From contig NC_087437.1 in NCBI RefSeq assembly GCF_036321535.1, positions 114,392,001 to 114,456,000 on the forward strand: DNA of 64,000 bases. The letters are read 5' to 3'. Below the pieces are notes generated by a model that saw only the letters and a list, made by a program, of their open reading frames with translations, had not been told where the DNA came from and did not search any database. Of the stretch, positions 1 to 11,108 are shown piece by piece. This DNA is from Camelus dromedarius. Taxonomy: Eukaryota. Made by a program: the position numbers and the translations under genes. The first letter of the stretch is position 1. Every line of letters begins with the position of its first letter.

Positions 1-189
1 GCAAAAGAAAATAAGTAATAAAATAAGTGTCAAGTCCCCAAAAGTGAGCCCATGCCCGCTGAAGGTCACTGACTTCGGAGGCAGGAACAACTCACTTCAA
101 ACCCTTATCCTGCCATTTACTAGCTCTGCATCCTCTGAGAGCATCAGGCATCCTCCCTGACCCTGCCCTGTCTCATCCCCATGGTTTCC

Positions 190-730
190 AGAACTATCTC
201 AAAACTCAACATCCCACCTTAGATTCCTCCTTGGCTTCCCACCGTCCAGGTAAAGGAGGAAGCACTGAGCATGGCCTAGAGCACGCACCACGATCTGACC
301 TCACAGACTGTTCCCTACTCTGAGCTCCAGCCAGGTCCTCCCTTCAGATATATCCCACTCCACGCCCTTCTCGCTCTCACTCTTTTTCACCTGACCCCAC
401 CTCCATCTGGACAATTCCTCCTTGCCCTTCAACTCTCCGCTCAAAAATTGCTGCCTGAGAAATCGTCTTGGTCAGATCCGTTGGTTCCATGTGGTTCTAT
501 GTGGCTCTGTATGTCCACGGAACCATGTCTCTTTCCCCACTGCCCTCCTTTCAGTCTGCACTGATCCCCTTCGCTGTTGTGACTGCTCCTCTAGGGGCCT
601 GTGGGCCCAATGACAGCGGGCTGTGTCTGCTTTGTTTATCACTACATCCTGACCACAAAGACCAGTGGTGCCTGGCGAAAAGTAGGCACTTGGGTAAATA
701 GGTGCTGAATGAATGATGAAACGGATGAAT
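190..730 (+). mobile_element. L2 LINE 3' fragment (ancient)
   Basis: Ends in GTGCCTGGCGAAAAGTAGGCACTTGGGTAAATAGGTGCTGAATGAATGATGAA, resembling the L2 3' terminus; pyrimidine-rich body upstream. Boundaries approximate. Confidence 0.75.
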
Positions 731-2229
731 GTGAAAAGCTATATGACACATCTAACAGGAGCGTATGAGAGGCTTAAGTGTAACCTTAAAAAGAGTACAG
801 TAGGACAAAATCCCAGGGCCTGACTAGGGGAGGGCAGACGGGCTCCTGTGCCCCAGGTCAGAGTCTTCTAGAAATGCTCCAAAGATCCTGGCCTGGGGCA
901 CGTCTAGCAAATTCTGTAGGAAGAAGGGATACACATACTTGGGCATCTTCCTCTCTGAGAATCACCCTGAGAATCTTGGGTTTCAAATGGAGGGTCAATG
1001 ATGGGGGCGGTGATGAGTGAAAGAAAGAAGGACACAAAACATTCTAGAGCTTGCAGGAAAAAATATAGATGTGCCAGAGAATATCAAACAGAAATATGGC
1101 CTATTATAGTTTTGCAAAATGAATCAGGAGATTTTCACAAATATTCATGCATTTTACATCTTTTACAAATTATGTAGCCCCTCTACCATCTGAAACACTA
1201 CTGGAAATTTCCAACTATTGGGGAAAAACACAATCCTCCGCCTTTCCTCAAGATGTCTGAGGAAGTGAGACTAGACACGGGTTTTGTGACGTGTTGCAAA
1301 AACCACATCTTGTTTCAGAAGGAAGATGGGAAGAGGTGTGTCCTGCCCGACAACACAGAATTCCTCGGCTGAGAACAGCGACTAGGTCTGTGTCCGGGCT
1401 GTGAGCTGCCAGAAGATGTTTGCCTAAATGCTAAAAGGACTCTATGTGCTTTTTGTGTTTTGATAATTATGCATTCACTTAAAAAAAAAAAAAGACGTGA
1501 GCATTGATCTCATATGTGAATCTACATTTAAAATTAAGCTTTCATGATGCATCTTGAGGGAACTGAAAATCTAACTGTGCAAGGACAGACCCGTCCTGCA
1601 GAAAGACGGGCACCCTCCCCCAAAAGATATCAGTCAGTTCTAGAGCTGAAAGTTTCTTTGTTTCCTTTAAAAACTTCAACTTTAAAGCAATATGCGTGAT
1701 ATTTTGAACCTGCATTCCAACAGAACAATAGCATTCTAAACTCAAGCTTTAAATTAAAGTAAAAAATAAATACGTGGCTGGCTTCTCTTGCCCCAGATCC
1801 AATGACTGAGAACATGTTCAAGAACCTAATCCCATGAAACACACAAGGTGTCACGCATCCAAAGTTCTCCTACCCCTTCCGAAGACCTCACCTGTGTTGC
1901 TCCATCTCCACTCCTTGAACCAGCTCCAAGCCAACCTAGACCTTGTTTTTTCTTTTAAGTTTACTGAACCTTGATCTTTACCCCCAGACATTTTCTTGCC
2001 TTGGCAAAAATCCTAAAGCTTTCAGGGTGGTTAACAAACAGTAGGTGTTGGCCTCTAAGGGTTAAGAATTCACGCTCCCAGATGATAATCATCATATAGT
2101 GTTCTGGAAAATTAAATACACCTGGGCCAAGTTTCTTAAGGCTGTACTCTTTGGAGATGTTTCAATTTTTTAAAAAAGAAGAAGCAGTTCAAGAATGTGA
2201 ACTTCATTGCTCACATATATTTTCCTAGG

Positions 2230-2266
2230 CTTCTTTTCTTTTCTTTCTTTTTTTCTTTGTTTCTTT

Positions 2267-2304
<38 letters not shown>
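2230..2304. repeat. Low-complexity T/C tract ((TTTC)n and poly-T)
   Basis: About 75 nt almost entirely pyrimidine, read directly. Confidence 0.95.
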
Positions 2305-2879
2305 GGATTTCATTGTGTGCTTTGGGTTTTCCCTAGATTTTCACCTACCACGGGCCTCTTTGGTATACGAAACATGTGAACACGTGCTTGCATTCTGCCA
2401 TCCTAGGTGGGCATCAAATGACAAAAGAAACTGCTCATTGGTGATGTCCTGGCAGTACTATCATGGGATCCAGGCAATCTATCCACACAGACCTCCAGCA
2501 ACAAGAACGAATTCGGCTGGGTGGGCACACTCATTCAAGAAATACTTCTTTAATCCTTCTATGCACCAAACACTGAACTCACATCAAGTCTCCTGAAGAC
2601 TGATCAGGATGTTCTGTTCTCGAGGAATTGACATCTGTTTGGATGACAGAATAGAAGAGAGGGGATCATAGGTTCAACCTGAGGAGAAGACGCATGTGGG
2701 AGAAGGAAGCCCCAGGAACACATCACGTGGTGAGATCACTGGCTCACCAGATGGCGGGGGCGCCGGGACAGGCTCCCAGGCAGAGAAACCAGTGGAGGTG
2801 ACGGTACAGAAACATGAAAGGACACAGGGGCATTTCTAGGTGTCAGGGAAGAAAAACAAAAATGAAGCCTAGAAATATC

Positions 2880-2996
2880 TGTCAAAAATAGGTGTGTAGT
2901 ATATAAACATCTATGAAAATTCATCAGATTGAACATCTGAAACATGTGTAGTTTACTGTTCAGGAACCACACCACAATAAAGGTGTTTTTAAAAAA
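2880..2996 (+). mobile_element. Old L1M 3' end fragment
   Basis: AAAATTCATCAGATTGAACATCTGAAACATGTGTAGTTTACTG...CAATAAAGGTGTTTTTAAAAAA resembles L1MB/L1ME 3' termini. Confidence 0.6.
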
Positions 2997-3093
2997 GGAA
3001 ATGCCAGCATGAGATTTTAAATTCTAGGTACTGATAATTACTAGAAATGCACAAAACTTGAGGAGTAGTGGAATTACACAATACAGCCTTCAT

Positions 3094-3209
3094 TGGGGTA
3101 ATTAGGTTTGTGTGTTTATTTATTTATTTTTTAATGGAGGTACTGGGGATTGAACCCAGGACCGTGTGCATGCTAAGCACACGCTCTACCACTGAGCTAT
3201 ACCCTTCCT
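3094..3209 (-). mobile_element. tRNA-Ala-derived SINE (camelid vic-1 type)
   Basis: Minus strand reads GGGTATAGCTCAGTGGTAGAGCGTGTGCTTAGCATGCACACGGTCCTGGGTTCAATCCCCAGTACCTCCA (A box, AGC anticodon, B box), then a (TAAA)n tail and AAACCTAATTACC. A second copy lies at about 6300-6508. Confidence 0.9.
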
Positions 3210-3219
3210 CACTCACCCA

Positions 3220-3330
3220 CTTAATCATGACAACACCCTGGTAGGAACTATCACTTTCTTTATTATACAGAATAGGAATCTGAGACCAGAGAGGTTAAGT
3301 AGCTCAAGGTCACACAGCTAACAGGGAAGC
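3220..3330 (-). mobile_element. MIR SINE fragment
   Basis: ACAGAATAGGAATCTGAGACCAGAGAGGTTAAGTAGCTCAAGGTCACACAGCTA matches the antisense MIR core. Confidence 0.8.
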
Positions 3331-5309
3331 TGGCCTCTGCCCCGGCAGGTACGTGGGCTCCTCCCTGCCACATGACACACTGTGGCAGGGCACTCACCCT
3401 GCAAAGGCACAGTCCCCTTGGGAGCACAGTATCCCTCTCCCTCCTCGGCCTGTCCTCAGTCACAGCCTAGGAAGCATCTCCAGCGGTCATGAGCACCTGC
3501 TCATCGCCTTTATCAAGCAGTTCATCAAGGCGGCTGGCTGTTCTCAGCAGGTTCAAAGGGGTTATGAGAACCCCTGACTTGTTCTCAAAGAGCATTTTCA
3601 CGGTAATGGGGAACAGTCAAGAATCCCCAAGAAACAAATGTCAACCAGGCAAGACACCAGTCCTGGGGCTTCTGGAATGCCCTTAATTTTCCAAAGCAGG
3701 CCCCTGAGCTGCACCTCATCTCGCCCACAGGAGACTGGAACTCAGGCCATTCAAGGGTTCATAGAGGGAAACACAGACACCGGCAGAGAAAATGTAAATT
3801 GTTCCTCTTGAAAGCGGCTACTTACTGCACCTGTCCTCTGTCTCATCCAGGGCCATCTGGAGTCCAGGAGGATGAGCACAGGGAGGCAGTGGGGAGGGGA
3901 AAGGGAGACGGGTGATTTTGGCTGCTGGGCCCTGGCTTGGGCTGTGGGACCCACCCCATTTGGAAGGGAGCCTCCCCTGGTTTCTGCCACTGTTGTTCCC
4001 ATTGGTGTCTCTCTTCCAGGCGGCTCTACTACACGTTTCACTCTGGGAGACAAGATCAGATTGGAGCAGAGGCTCTATGACAACTGACTGGATGTTAAAG
4101 TACCAAAAGGTTAAAACTAAAGCAGCAGGGTGATGCCTGAAAAGACCCCGGGGCTTAGGGCAGCTCAGGCCACAGTGCTCGGCTTGGCAGAGTATAAATT
4201 CCCAAGTGGGGAAACCCGGGATGCTGGGCTGCCTCCATGTTTCTAGTAAGACAGTCCGAGCACTCTCAAAACCGAAAAGCTGTTTTGTCATTTCCATTTG
4301 CATATTGTAGGCTCCTGCTTTATTATCCAATCTGCCAAGAGTCTCCTGAGCACCAGCCATGGAGGCTGGCTGTTGCCTCGTTCACCTTTGCTCAGCCTGC
4401 AGCTCATTTAAGGATCATTGGAGATGACTCATGCTCTAGTTCTTAAAGTCAAATTTGTTCTGCCAAATCCAAGACCCCGAATTTATCCAAAGGGTGGAAG
4501 CATGCTTTTACTACGCATCCACCAAAATATCACCCATTCAGATCAACAAAAGCATTAATGGCTGATTCAATCTTCGCATATTCTAAAAATATCCTTCCTA
4601 CTTCATCATTGGGGCAGCAGCCCTCAGTCTCCCTCACACAGGCTCAGAGAATTCCATTCACAGTGGGGTTGCCAATTCTTGCAGTCCAACAGAGCACTCC
4701 TACCACGGGCACTTTTTAAAAGCTGACCAGGGTGGGCAGGAAGGCACACCTTGATAGGCGATACCCTTTGATTCAAGCTCTTCATTCTGCTGGTGGGGAA
4801 GCCAGCCCCCGAGGTTAAAAGGTTTGCCCAAAGTCACGTGGCTATGAAGGACGTCTAGTCACCCTCCAACATGACATGATGCTCAAACAGCTGTGACACT
4901 GTCTCTAGGTCTAGAGGAGGGAAATCACCTCCTGGTTTTTTTAATCCCTCTTAGGTAAACAATCATTCAGTGCTCGTTGGTAACAGCTTCTTCCCTTTCC
5001 AAAGAAGACTGCATGGCAGGGAGAAGTAGGCTCAAAGAGGGAACAGCATTTGGCTATGAACAGGTGGATGGGAGGCCATTCCAGGCAGCATGAGCAAAGG
5101 TATGGAGGTGGGACCTCCTGAGATACGTAACAGGTCACGGAGGAAGCAGTTCCATGGCTGCAGCAAAAGGCAGATGAGAAAGATTGAAACAACTGGTATC
5201 CTTGTAACTATTTTTTTTCGAAAGTAATTAATCTCCAATGACATGAGATATGTCCCATCATGTTTAATTCTATCTTATTGTAGCTCTAAGAAGTCTCTAC
5301 ACCAGGAAC

Positions 5310-5490
5310 ATTGGGGTAGATCAAATTTTAGATTTCATATAAAGAAGAATTTACTCATCATAAAAGGCATGAGCTGCCAACAAAGTAATGAGCTCCCTGT
5401 TGCCTGATGCATTCAAACAAGGGCTGGATGACCCGCTGGCTGGAAGGTCAGAGGAATTCCTGCTTTGGTGGAAAGTTAGCAGGAGGCCAT
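5310..5490 (+). mobile_element. CR1/L3 3' fragment
   Basis: GTAATGAGCTCCCTGTTGCCTGATGCATTCAAACAAGGGCTGGATGACC resembles the L3 3' region. Confidence 0.6.
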
Positions 5491-5939
5491 TTATGGAGTC
5501 CTCCGAGCAGAACAGGTGTGGCTTTGGGTTAGAACCAAGTGTCAGCCGAGGGCGGCTGAAGTGGGATTCTAGGAGGTGAGCAGCCCAACCGAAAAAATGC
5601 CCGAGGAGCTGCCGTACCGCAAAACAGACTTCACCCGAGCGAACATGGAGTTTACAGCACTTTATTCTATTTCCCCAAGGTGGTGTGCACCCATGATGCA
5701 CCTGTCCTGCTTTTTAATCTGTTCTCTGCTTACACTTGCACAGTGCCGTCTTCTTTGTTCATGAGGCTTACAGAAACATCAGTAAGTGCATGCGTACTTC
5801 TATTTCTTTGTTCTAAAAGTTACGTAACAGGTGCATGCGTACAATCACTATTTACTTCATACTTCAAACATGCTGTAATCGTGGCCTTGGGTCCCACGGC
5901 CTTAACTCATCTCAAGGCCAGCTCACACGAAGGATCCAG

Positions 5940-6140
5940 CTTAGTTTAACCCCAGCTCTGCTCCTTGCCGGCTCGGTGACTGGGCAAAGCAGCTAACTTC
6001 CCTGTGCCCGTTTCCTCCATGGTAACGTGAGGACAAACACCAGTGCCTACTTCTAGGGGTGTCGCTAGAATTAAATGGGTTCATCCGTGTCGGAGGTCCG
6101 AGACCTGATCGTTGCTGGGTGAATGTTGGTTGTTGTTCTT
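5940..6140 (+). mobile_element. MIR SINE
   Basis: CCCCAGCTCTGCTCCTTGCCGGCTCGGTGACTGGGCAAAGCAGCTAACTTCCCTGTGCCCGTTTCCTCCATGGTAA is a MIR core. Confidence 0.8.
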
Positions 6141-6297
6141 CCTGTGAAATTGTTATTGTTGCCGGTACTCTGAGATCTCAGCCTCTTTCACTCGCCAGCA
6201 TCACCCGAGGCCCCACAAGCAGACGCCACTGAAGTGGCGACCCAGCACGAAGCGACACCCATCCAAGCACAAACCGCGCACAAAATACCAAGTTTCC

Positions 6298-6508
6298 TTT
6301 TTTTTTAATTTTTAAATTTTCTAAAAATACTTCATTTATTTTTATTTGGTTTTGGGTTTTGGGGGTTTTTTTTTTTAAGTTTTGGTTTGGGGGGGGGAGG
6401 TAATTAGGTTTATTTATTTATTTATCTATTTTATGGGAGGTGCTGAGAATTGAACCCAGGACCTCATGCATGCTAAGCACACATTCTACCCCTGAGCTAT
6501 ACCCTCCC
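6298..6508 (-). mobile_element. tRNA-Ala-derived SINE (vic-1 type) with long composite A-rich tail
   Basis: Same head as the 3094-3209 copy (GGGAGGGTATAGCTCAG...GGGTTCAATTCTCAGCACCTCC), then (TAAA)n, AAACCTAATTACCTCCCCCC and an A-rich tail. Confidence 0.9.
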
Positions 6509-7379
6509 TGCCTTAGTTTCTTCTGATGGTTCTTTTTCTTTCTTTCTTTAATTAAAAAAATCTTATGAAGCATAAAATAGATGAAAAAGAATGGTGAAAC
6601 TCAGGTTTAAACAAATGAATTCATTTCTAATGACGTTAATTCATTACAGTAACACACATACAGAAATGTAAGTCCTATCACGGGTGCATCTACTTAATTA
6701 GCTAGAATTCCAATTTTTCCTACCCCCAACCTTTTGAAAAACCTTTTTAAATTCACGGAGAGTGGAAACTCAGAGAAGGGACCCTTCCTGTGTTTCCACC
6801 CTGGCCTCCCAGGGCTGCATGTTTCAGAAAAGTTTACCTTGAACTTCAATGCACCCCCTTCCAGCCGTTCCCCCTCTCCGTGAATTTACACACAGAGCCC
6901 CGTTGTGAGCCTGAGACTGAGACAGGGACAGAGCACAGAGAAGGTTTGTCAAGCCAAACAAGTTGATTCATGTGCAAAAATCCCCCAACTGCCTTTACAG
7001 ATTAAATTGGAAAAACTTTCAGCTGCTTCGGGTTGAAAATTCCACAGAAACCCTTCCCTGGCTGCCGGTGCCTTCAGTACATATAGTTCCCAGGGCTTGC
7101 ACAATCGTCTACACGTGCAAACGCACATGATCAGAGGTACGTGAGTAGCGTGTGGCTTCAAGATGTCTGTGTCATCCGACGGCCAATGGTTTCCTGCATA
7201 TTTGCTGTGTAAACACATCCCTGTCTACAAATGTGCTGTAGCCCACAAAGTTCAACAAGGTCCGCCTGGTGCAGCACTTGGATTTTGAACTTAACACTAG
7301 ATGCCTGAATGCATCGAGCAATGGGGGGGGCCTTACTTTGCTGGCAGCTCATGCCTTTTGGGGAAGGAGTGGTTATCCA

Positions 7380-7688
7380 CCTGCACTGTCCTATACAACG
7401 GCCACTAGCCCCTTGTGGCTTTTGACACATGAAATCTGGCTAGCCCAAAGTAAGATATGCTATAGGTATAAAATACACACCAAATTTCAAAGATTCAGTA
7501 CCCAAAAATGTCACATAACTCATTAATAACTTTCTAGATCAATTATATATGTTATAATAATAAACTGGCTATATTGAATTAAATAAAATGTTACTAAAAT
7601 ATCACTTGCTTCTTTTTATTGTTTTAATGTGACCACTAAAAAAAATTAAGTTACACAGTCACATTATATCTTGACTGTACAGTGTTGA
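7380..7688. mobile_element. hAT-Charlie non-autonomous DNA transposon (MER33/MER3-like)
   Basis: Termini GCACTGTCCTATACAACGGCCACTAGCC and GACTGTACAGTGTTG, AT-rich interior, about 310 bp. Confidence 0.75.
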
Positions 7689-8836
7689 CTCAGAGTATTT
7701 ATTAAAATTAGAATCTCATAGAGGTGGCCCAGGAATCTGCATGGTTAATAAGCACCCAGGTTATTAAGATCATTGCCATTTGGGGACCCCTGATATAGCA
7801 GGTAGTGACCTTGACCATGAGTCAGAACAGCTGGATTCTAAACTTTATTCAAGTCCTTATTCATCAACAGAATGAAGAGCTTGGATTAGAGCTAGAAAGT
7901 TGTGTGGCTGAAGACTTCTAATCCCATTACCCATTGACTGTATGTCCATTGACCCATGAGATCCCCAGAGACTGACTGGACACAAACGGATAACAAATTC
8001 AAGTCTTTTTCTTTTTTACCTTATGGAATATTAATTTCATCTTTCCAAGAGGACTCTGACAAAAGATGTTAAGCCAGACTTCAGCACCTTTAAAACTCAT
8101 CTTCTGAATAGAAAAAGGTTTTCCATTGGAGGGGGAAATGGCTTATTCAAAATATTTCTAAAAGTACCAATGAAATAAGTAAGCAATGCCATGTGGTTCT
8201 GGATGAGGAAAGACAGGAAGTGGAGAAGAACGTGGGTAAGATCCGCCCCAATCTAAACGCCAAGTGCACTTAGGGAAAGGGTGCCGAGAGTCTCCTGACC
8301 TCTGGCTACCAGAGTGCACCCACAGGCGGGCGTTAGATTTGAAATGAGAGATTTTCAAATAAATGTTGGTTGGCTTGTGTGTGAGGACATAGTTCACCAG
8401 ACTGCCTAAAAGGAGAGGATCCTGGTCTGAACCTTTTCCTTATTGATGTAAGAATCCTCAATTTCCTCCATCACTTTATCAACACAACAAGAAAGGAGTT
8501 AAGCACCAGGAGCAAGTTGGTCATTCTGCAGCCATTTAGACACCAGTGCACGGCTCTCCTATGGCCGCGAACATCCAATGCACATGCAAAGGGTGTTTTC
8601 TCCACTACATAATAGTGGTCCAAGACAGGGCTGTGACTGTGGATGCCATGCTAAGTATCGAATAAAGATCAGTTCCTACATTTTTCTTTGCCGAGGGCTC
8701 TCACGTTTGCAGCCTCAGATCTTCCTAGATTGCATTTTCATATTAGTTTGGTTCTCAAGCTTGAGCAAGATGTTGGCTTCTGACCAAGCTCATTAAACTG
8801 GGACTGGCCTGTCCCACAAGAATTTACCATTCCAGC

Positions 8837-8877
8837 CAGACAAGAGGAGGAAGACATCAGACAAGAGGAGGAAGACA
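8837..8877. repeat. Tandem duplication, 21-bp period
   Basis: CAGACAAGAGGAGGAAGACA at 8837-8856 and 8858-8877, identical. Confidence 0.95.
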
Positions 8878-10199
8878 AACAAACTTGTAAGAAGTGAAAT
8901 GAACTGAACTGGGACCCAAATTATGAGCTAACACAATTAATAAACAGACACAGAGACTCCAGGTAACCTGTGATTCTGTTTACAGTGGAACAGGGCGTTC
9001 TTTCCTGGGACTTCTCCTCCCGGCTTATCTGATTAGCAGCTCCGCGTTCACATGACCTCCTTCTCAAGTTTTCCATTGCCACATATGCAGGTAATGGCTT
9101 TTTTGCACAAGATGAGATTAAACAGAGGCAGGGCGGTCTAGGTAATCAGCTACATACATTGCCAAACAAGACTTCTAGTAATATCACCAACTGCTACGGC
9201 CATCACCCCTTCCTCGGCACAGAAAACAATTAATCGTATCCTTTTTGCTGTCCCTGGATCCCAACGCAGAGAGAACATCTGGCTATGACTAAAGCACAGG
9301 TGGTAGGGATGCTGGGTCACCAGGAATCTATGTTAATGAGCAACCGGAGCGCTTCCTGGAAGGACACGGCCCAATAAGGAACTCTCAGTCATCAGTGAGA
9401 AATGATTCTGAATAAACCTTGGTGCTTGGACTGAGCCCAGCCCCGCCCAGCCCACCATGTACAGAGACTGCAACTGAAAGCAGAGGTTATTTTTCACTAA
9501 AAATATCTAAAGCAAGACCCCTCTGCTCACCTCCCTACCTTTCAGGAAGTATAAGACTAGCTGAAAGAGGATATCTCCCCGCAGAAGACCACACAGATAC
9601 AGCTCCTGAGGGCCCTGCCGTATCATCCACACAAGCAGAAGAGATGGCACCCAAGGGAGGGCAGCTGGGAGGGGAGGTGACCCTCGCTCCTAGGGGCGGC
9701 AGTGGCTCTCAGGGGGCTTGGACAGCACCGGAGAAGTCTCCACAGGCAGCTACCCAGCATCAGAGGAGTAAAGTGGCAGCTATCACAGGGTAACTAAGCC
9801 CATGAGTGACTGGGAGAAAGGTTTCTGAGGGCCAGGCTCCCGTAAAAACAAGAAAAACACGGCCTCTGTTAAACTGAACCTCTTTTAAATTCCACGAGGT
9901 GCATGGTCTTAACAAATTCAAACCTTTTCTGGGATGCAAACACTGCAGACACACTGAAAGGCTCTGGGTTTCCCCAAAGGGCAGCCCAGAGAACGTGTCT
10001 GCTCTGATCTCTCTTTAGAAGCTGGCAATTTGGCCAGCTTCATCTGAAACGTAATAGAACTGAAAGGTAAACCTCTCAGGTGAGTAAATGGGATGCAGAG
10101 CAGAGGTGGTTAGCTCTCATGAGAACCCAGTGCCGAAGGGGTTAGGCCCGTGGGTCCTGCCTGTCTAGAGAATGGTCATCTTCAAGAAGGAAGCAGGAG

Positions 10200-10410
10200 A
10201 GTGTCTGACTCTGGGGTCATAAGAAAGTGAATTCTAGTCCCAGCTCTGCCACTTGCAAATAGTACAAATTATAACAAACTAGGTGACCTCTCTGCACCTT
10301 GGACACCTCAACTATCAAATGGGATTGTAATAACTATCTTGCAGGACCTTTTTGAGGGCTAAGTAAAACATATACAGCCCCTGATGGAATGCCTAGCATA
10401 CTGTAGCTGC
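10200..10410 (+). mobile_element. MIR SINE
   Basis: TTCTAGTCCCAGCTCTGCCACTTGC...ACCTCTCTGCACCTTGGACACCTCAACTATCAAATGGGATTGTAA. Confidence 0.75.
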
Positions 10411-10692
10411 TTTAAAAAAAAAAAAAAAAAAGGCCACTGCTATTAAGCAGCCAATTCTAAACAGCACCCCTCATACATGAAATACAAAAGCAAATCAGAG
10501 GCTGATCTCACTGATGGGGATTCAGGAACAGTAAGTATATTTGTAAAACCATGGAATTTAAGAGACAAAATCTCCAAATTACAAGGTCCAATCCTCTTAT
10601 CTTTTGGATATAGAACTGGGACTTGTAAGTGTCACACCAAGGCCACACATTCACTAAGGGACAGAACAGAACCGAAATCCATGCTTGGCTAC

Positions 10693-11108
10693 CATTGTGG
10701 GTTGAACTGTGTTCCCCAAATGAGACATGTTGGAGTCCTAGGCCCCAGAATCTCTGAATGTGGCCTCATCTAGAGATCAGGCCTTACAGAGGAAATCAAG
10801 TGAAAATGAGGTCATTCAGGCAGACTCGAATCCAACATACCTGGTGTCCCTATTAAAAAGGCGAACATGGACACACAACAGGGAGAACACCACGTGAAGA
10901 CTGGAGCCATACTGCCCCAAGCCAGGAAACCACCAGAAGGGAAGACAGAGGCCTGGAACAGAACCTCCCTAGGGTCTTCAGAGGGTGCATGGTCTTACCC
11001 ATACCTTGGCCTTGGACTTCCAGCCTCCAGAGCTGTGAGACAGTCAATGTCTGTTGTTTACGTATTGGTTTGGATACTTTGTTTAGGCAGCCCAAGTAAA
11101 GTAAAAGT
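10693..11108 (+). mobile_element. MaLR solo LTR (MLT1B-like)
   Basis: Begins TGTGGGTTGAACTGTGTTCCCCAAA, contains GACTTCCAGCCTCCAGAGCTGTGAGACA, ends TACTTTGTTTAGGCAGCCCAAG; about 410 bp. Confidence 0.88.

Noticed and set aside
2197..2596. Phe-rich, membrane-protein-looking ORFs
   Set aside because: Artefact of the T/C low-complexity tract.
3135..3206. tRNA-Ala(AGC) gene
   Set aside because: The acceptor stem has two terminal mismatches and the sequence continues into the SINE tail shared with the second copy; it is a SINE head.
3468..3610. Protein-like minus-strand reading (MLFENKSG...LDELLDKGDEQVLMTAGDAS*)
   Set aside because: In-frame stop just upstream, no convincing acceptor, peptide not recognised.
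3818..4360. Longest ORF (180 aa, minus strand)
   Set aside because: No recognisable domain, overlapped by similar ORFs in other frames, and consistent with chance in a locally GC-richer patch.
6224..6239. Small GC hairpin CGCCAC-TGAA-GTGGCG
   Set aside because: A 6-7 bp stem is expected by chance in 64 kb; no supporting context.
10019..10079. Plus-strand exon-like segment (TCTCTCTTTAG ... CAG|GTGAGT)
   Set aside because: 61 nt with stops in all three frames and a competing internal donor; most likely a pseudoexon.
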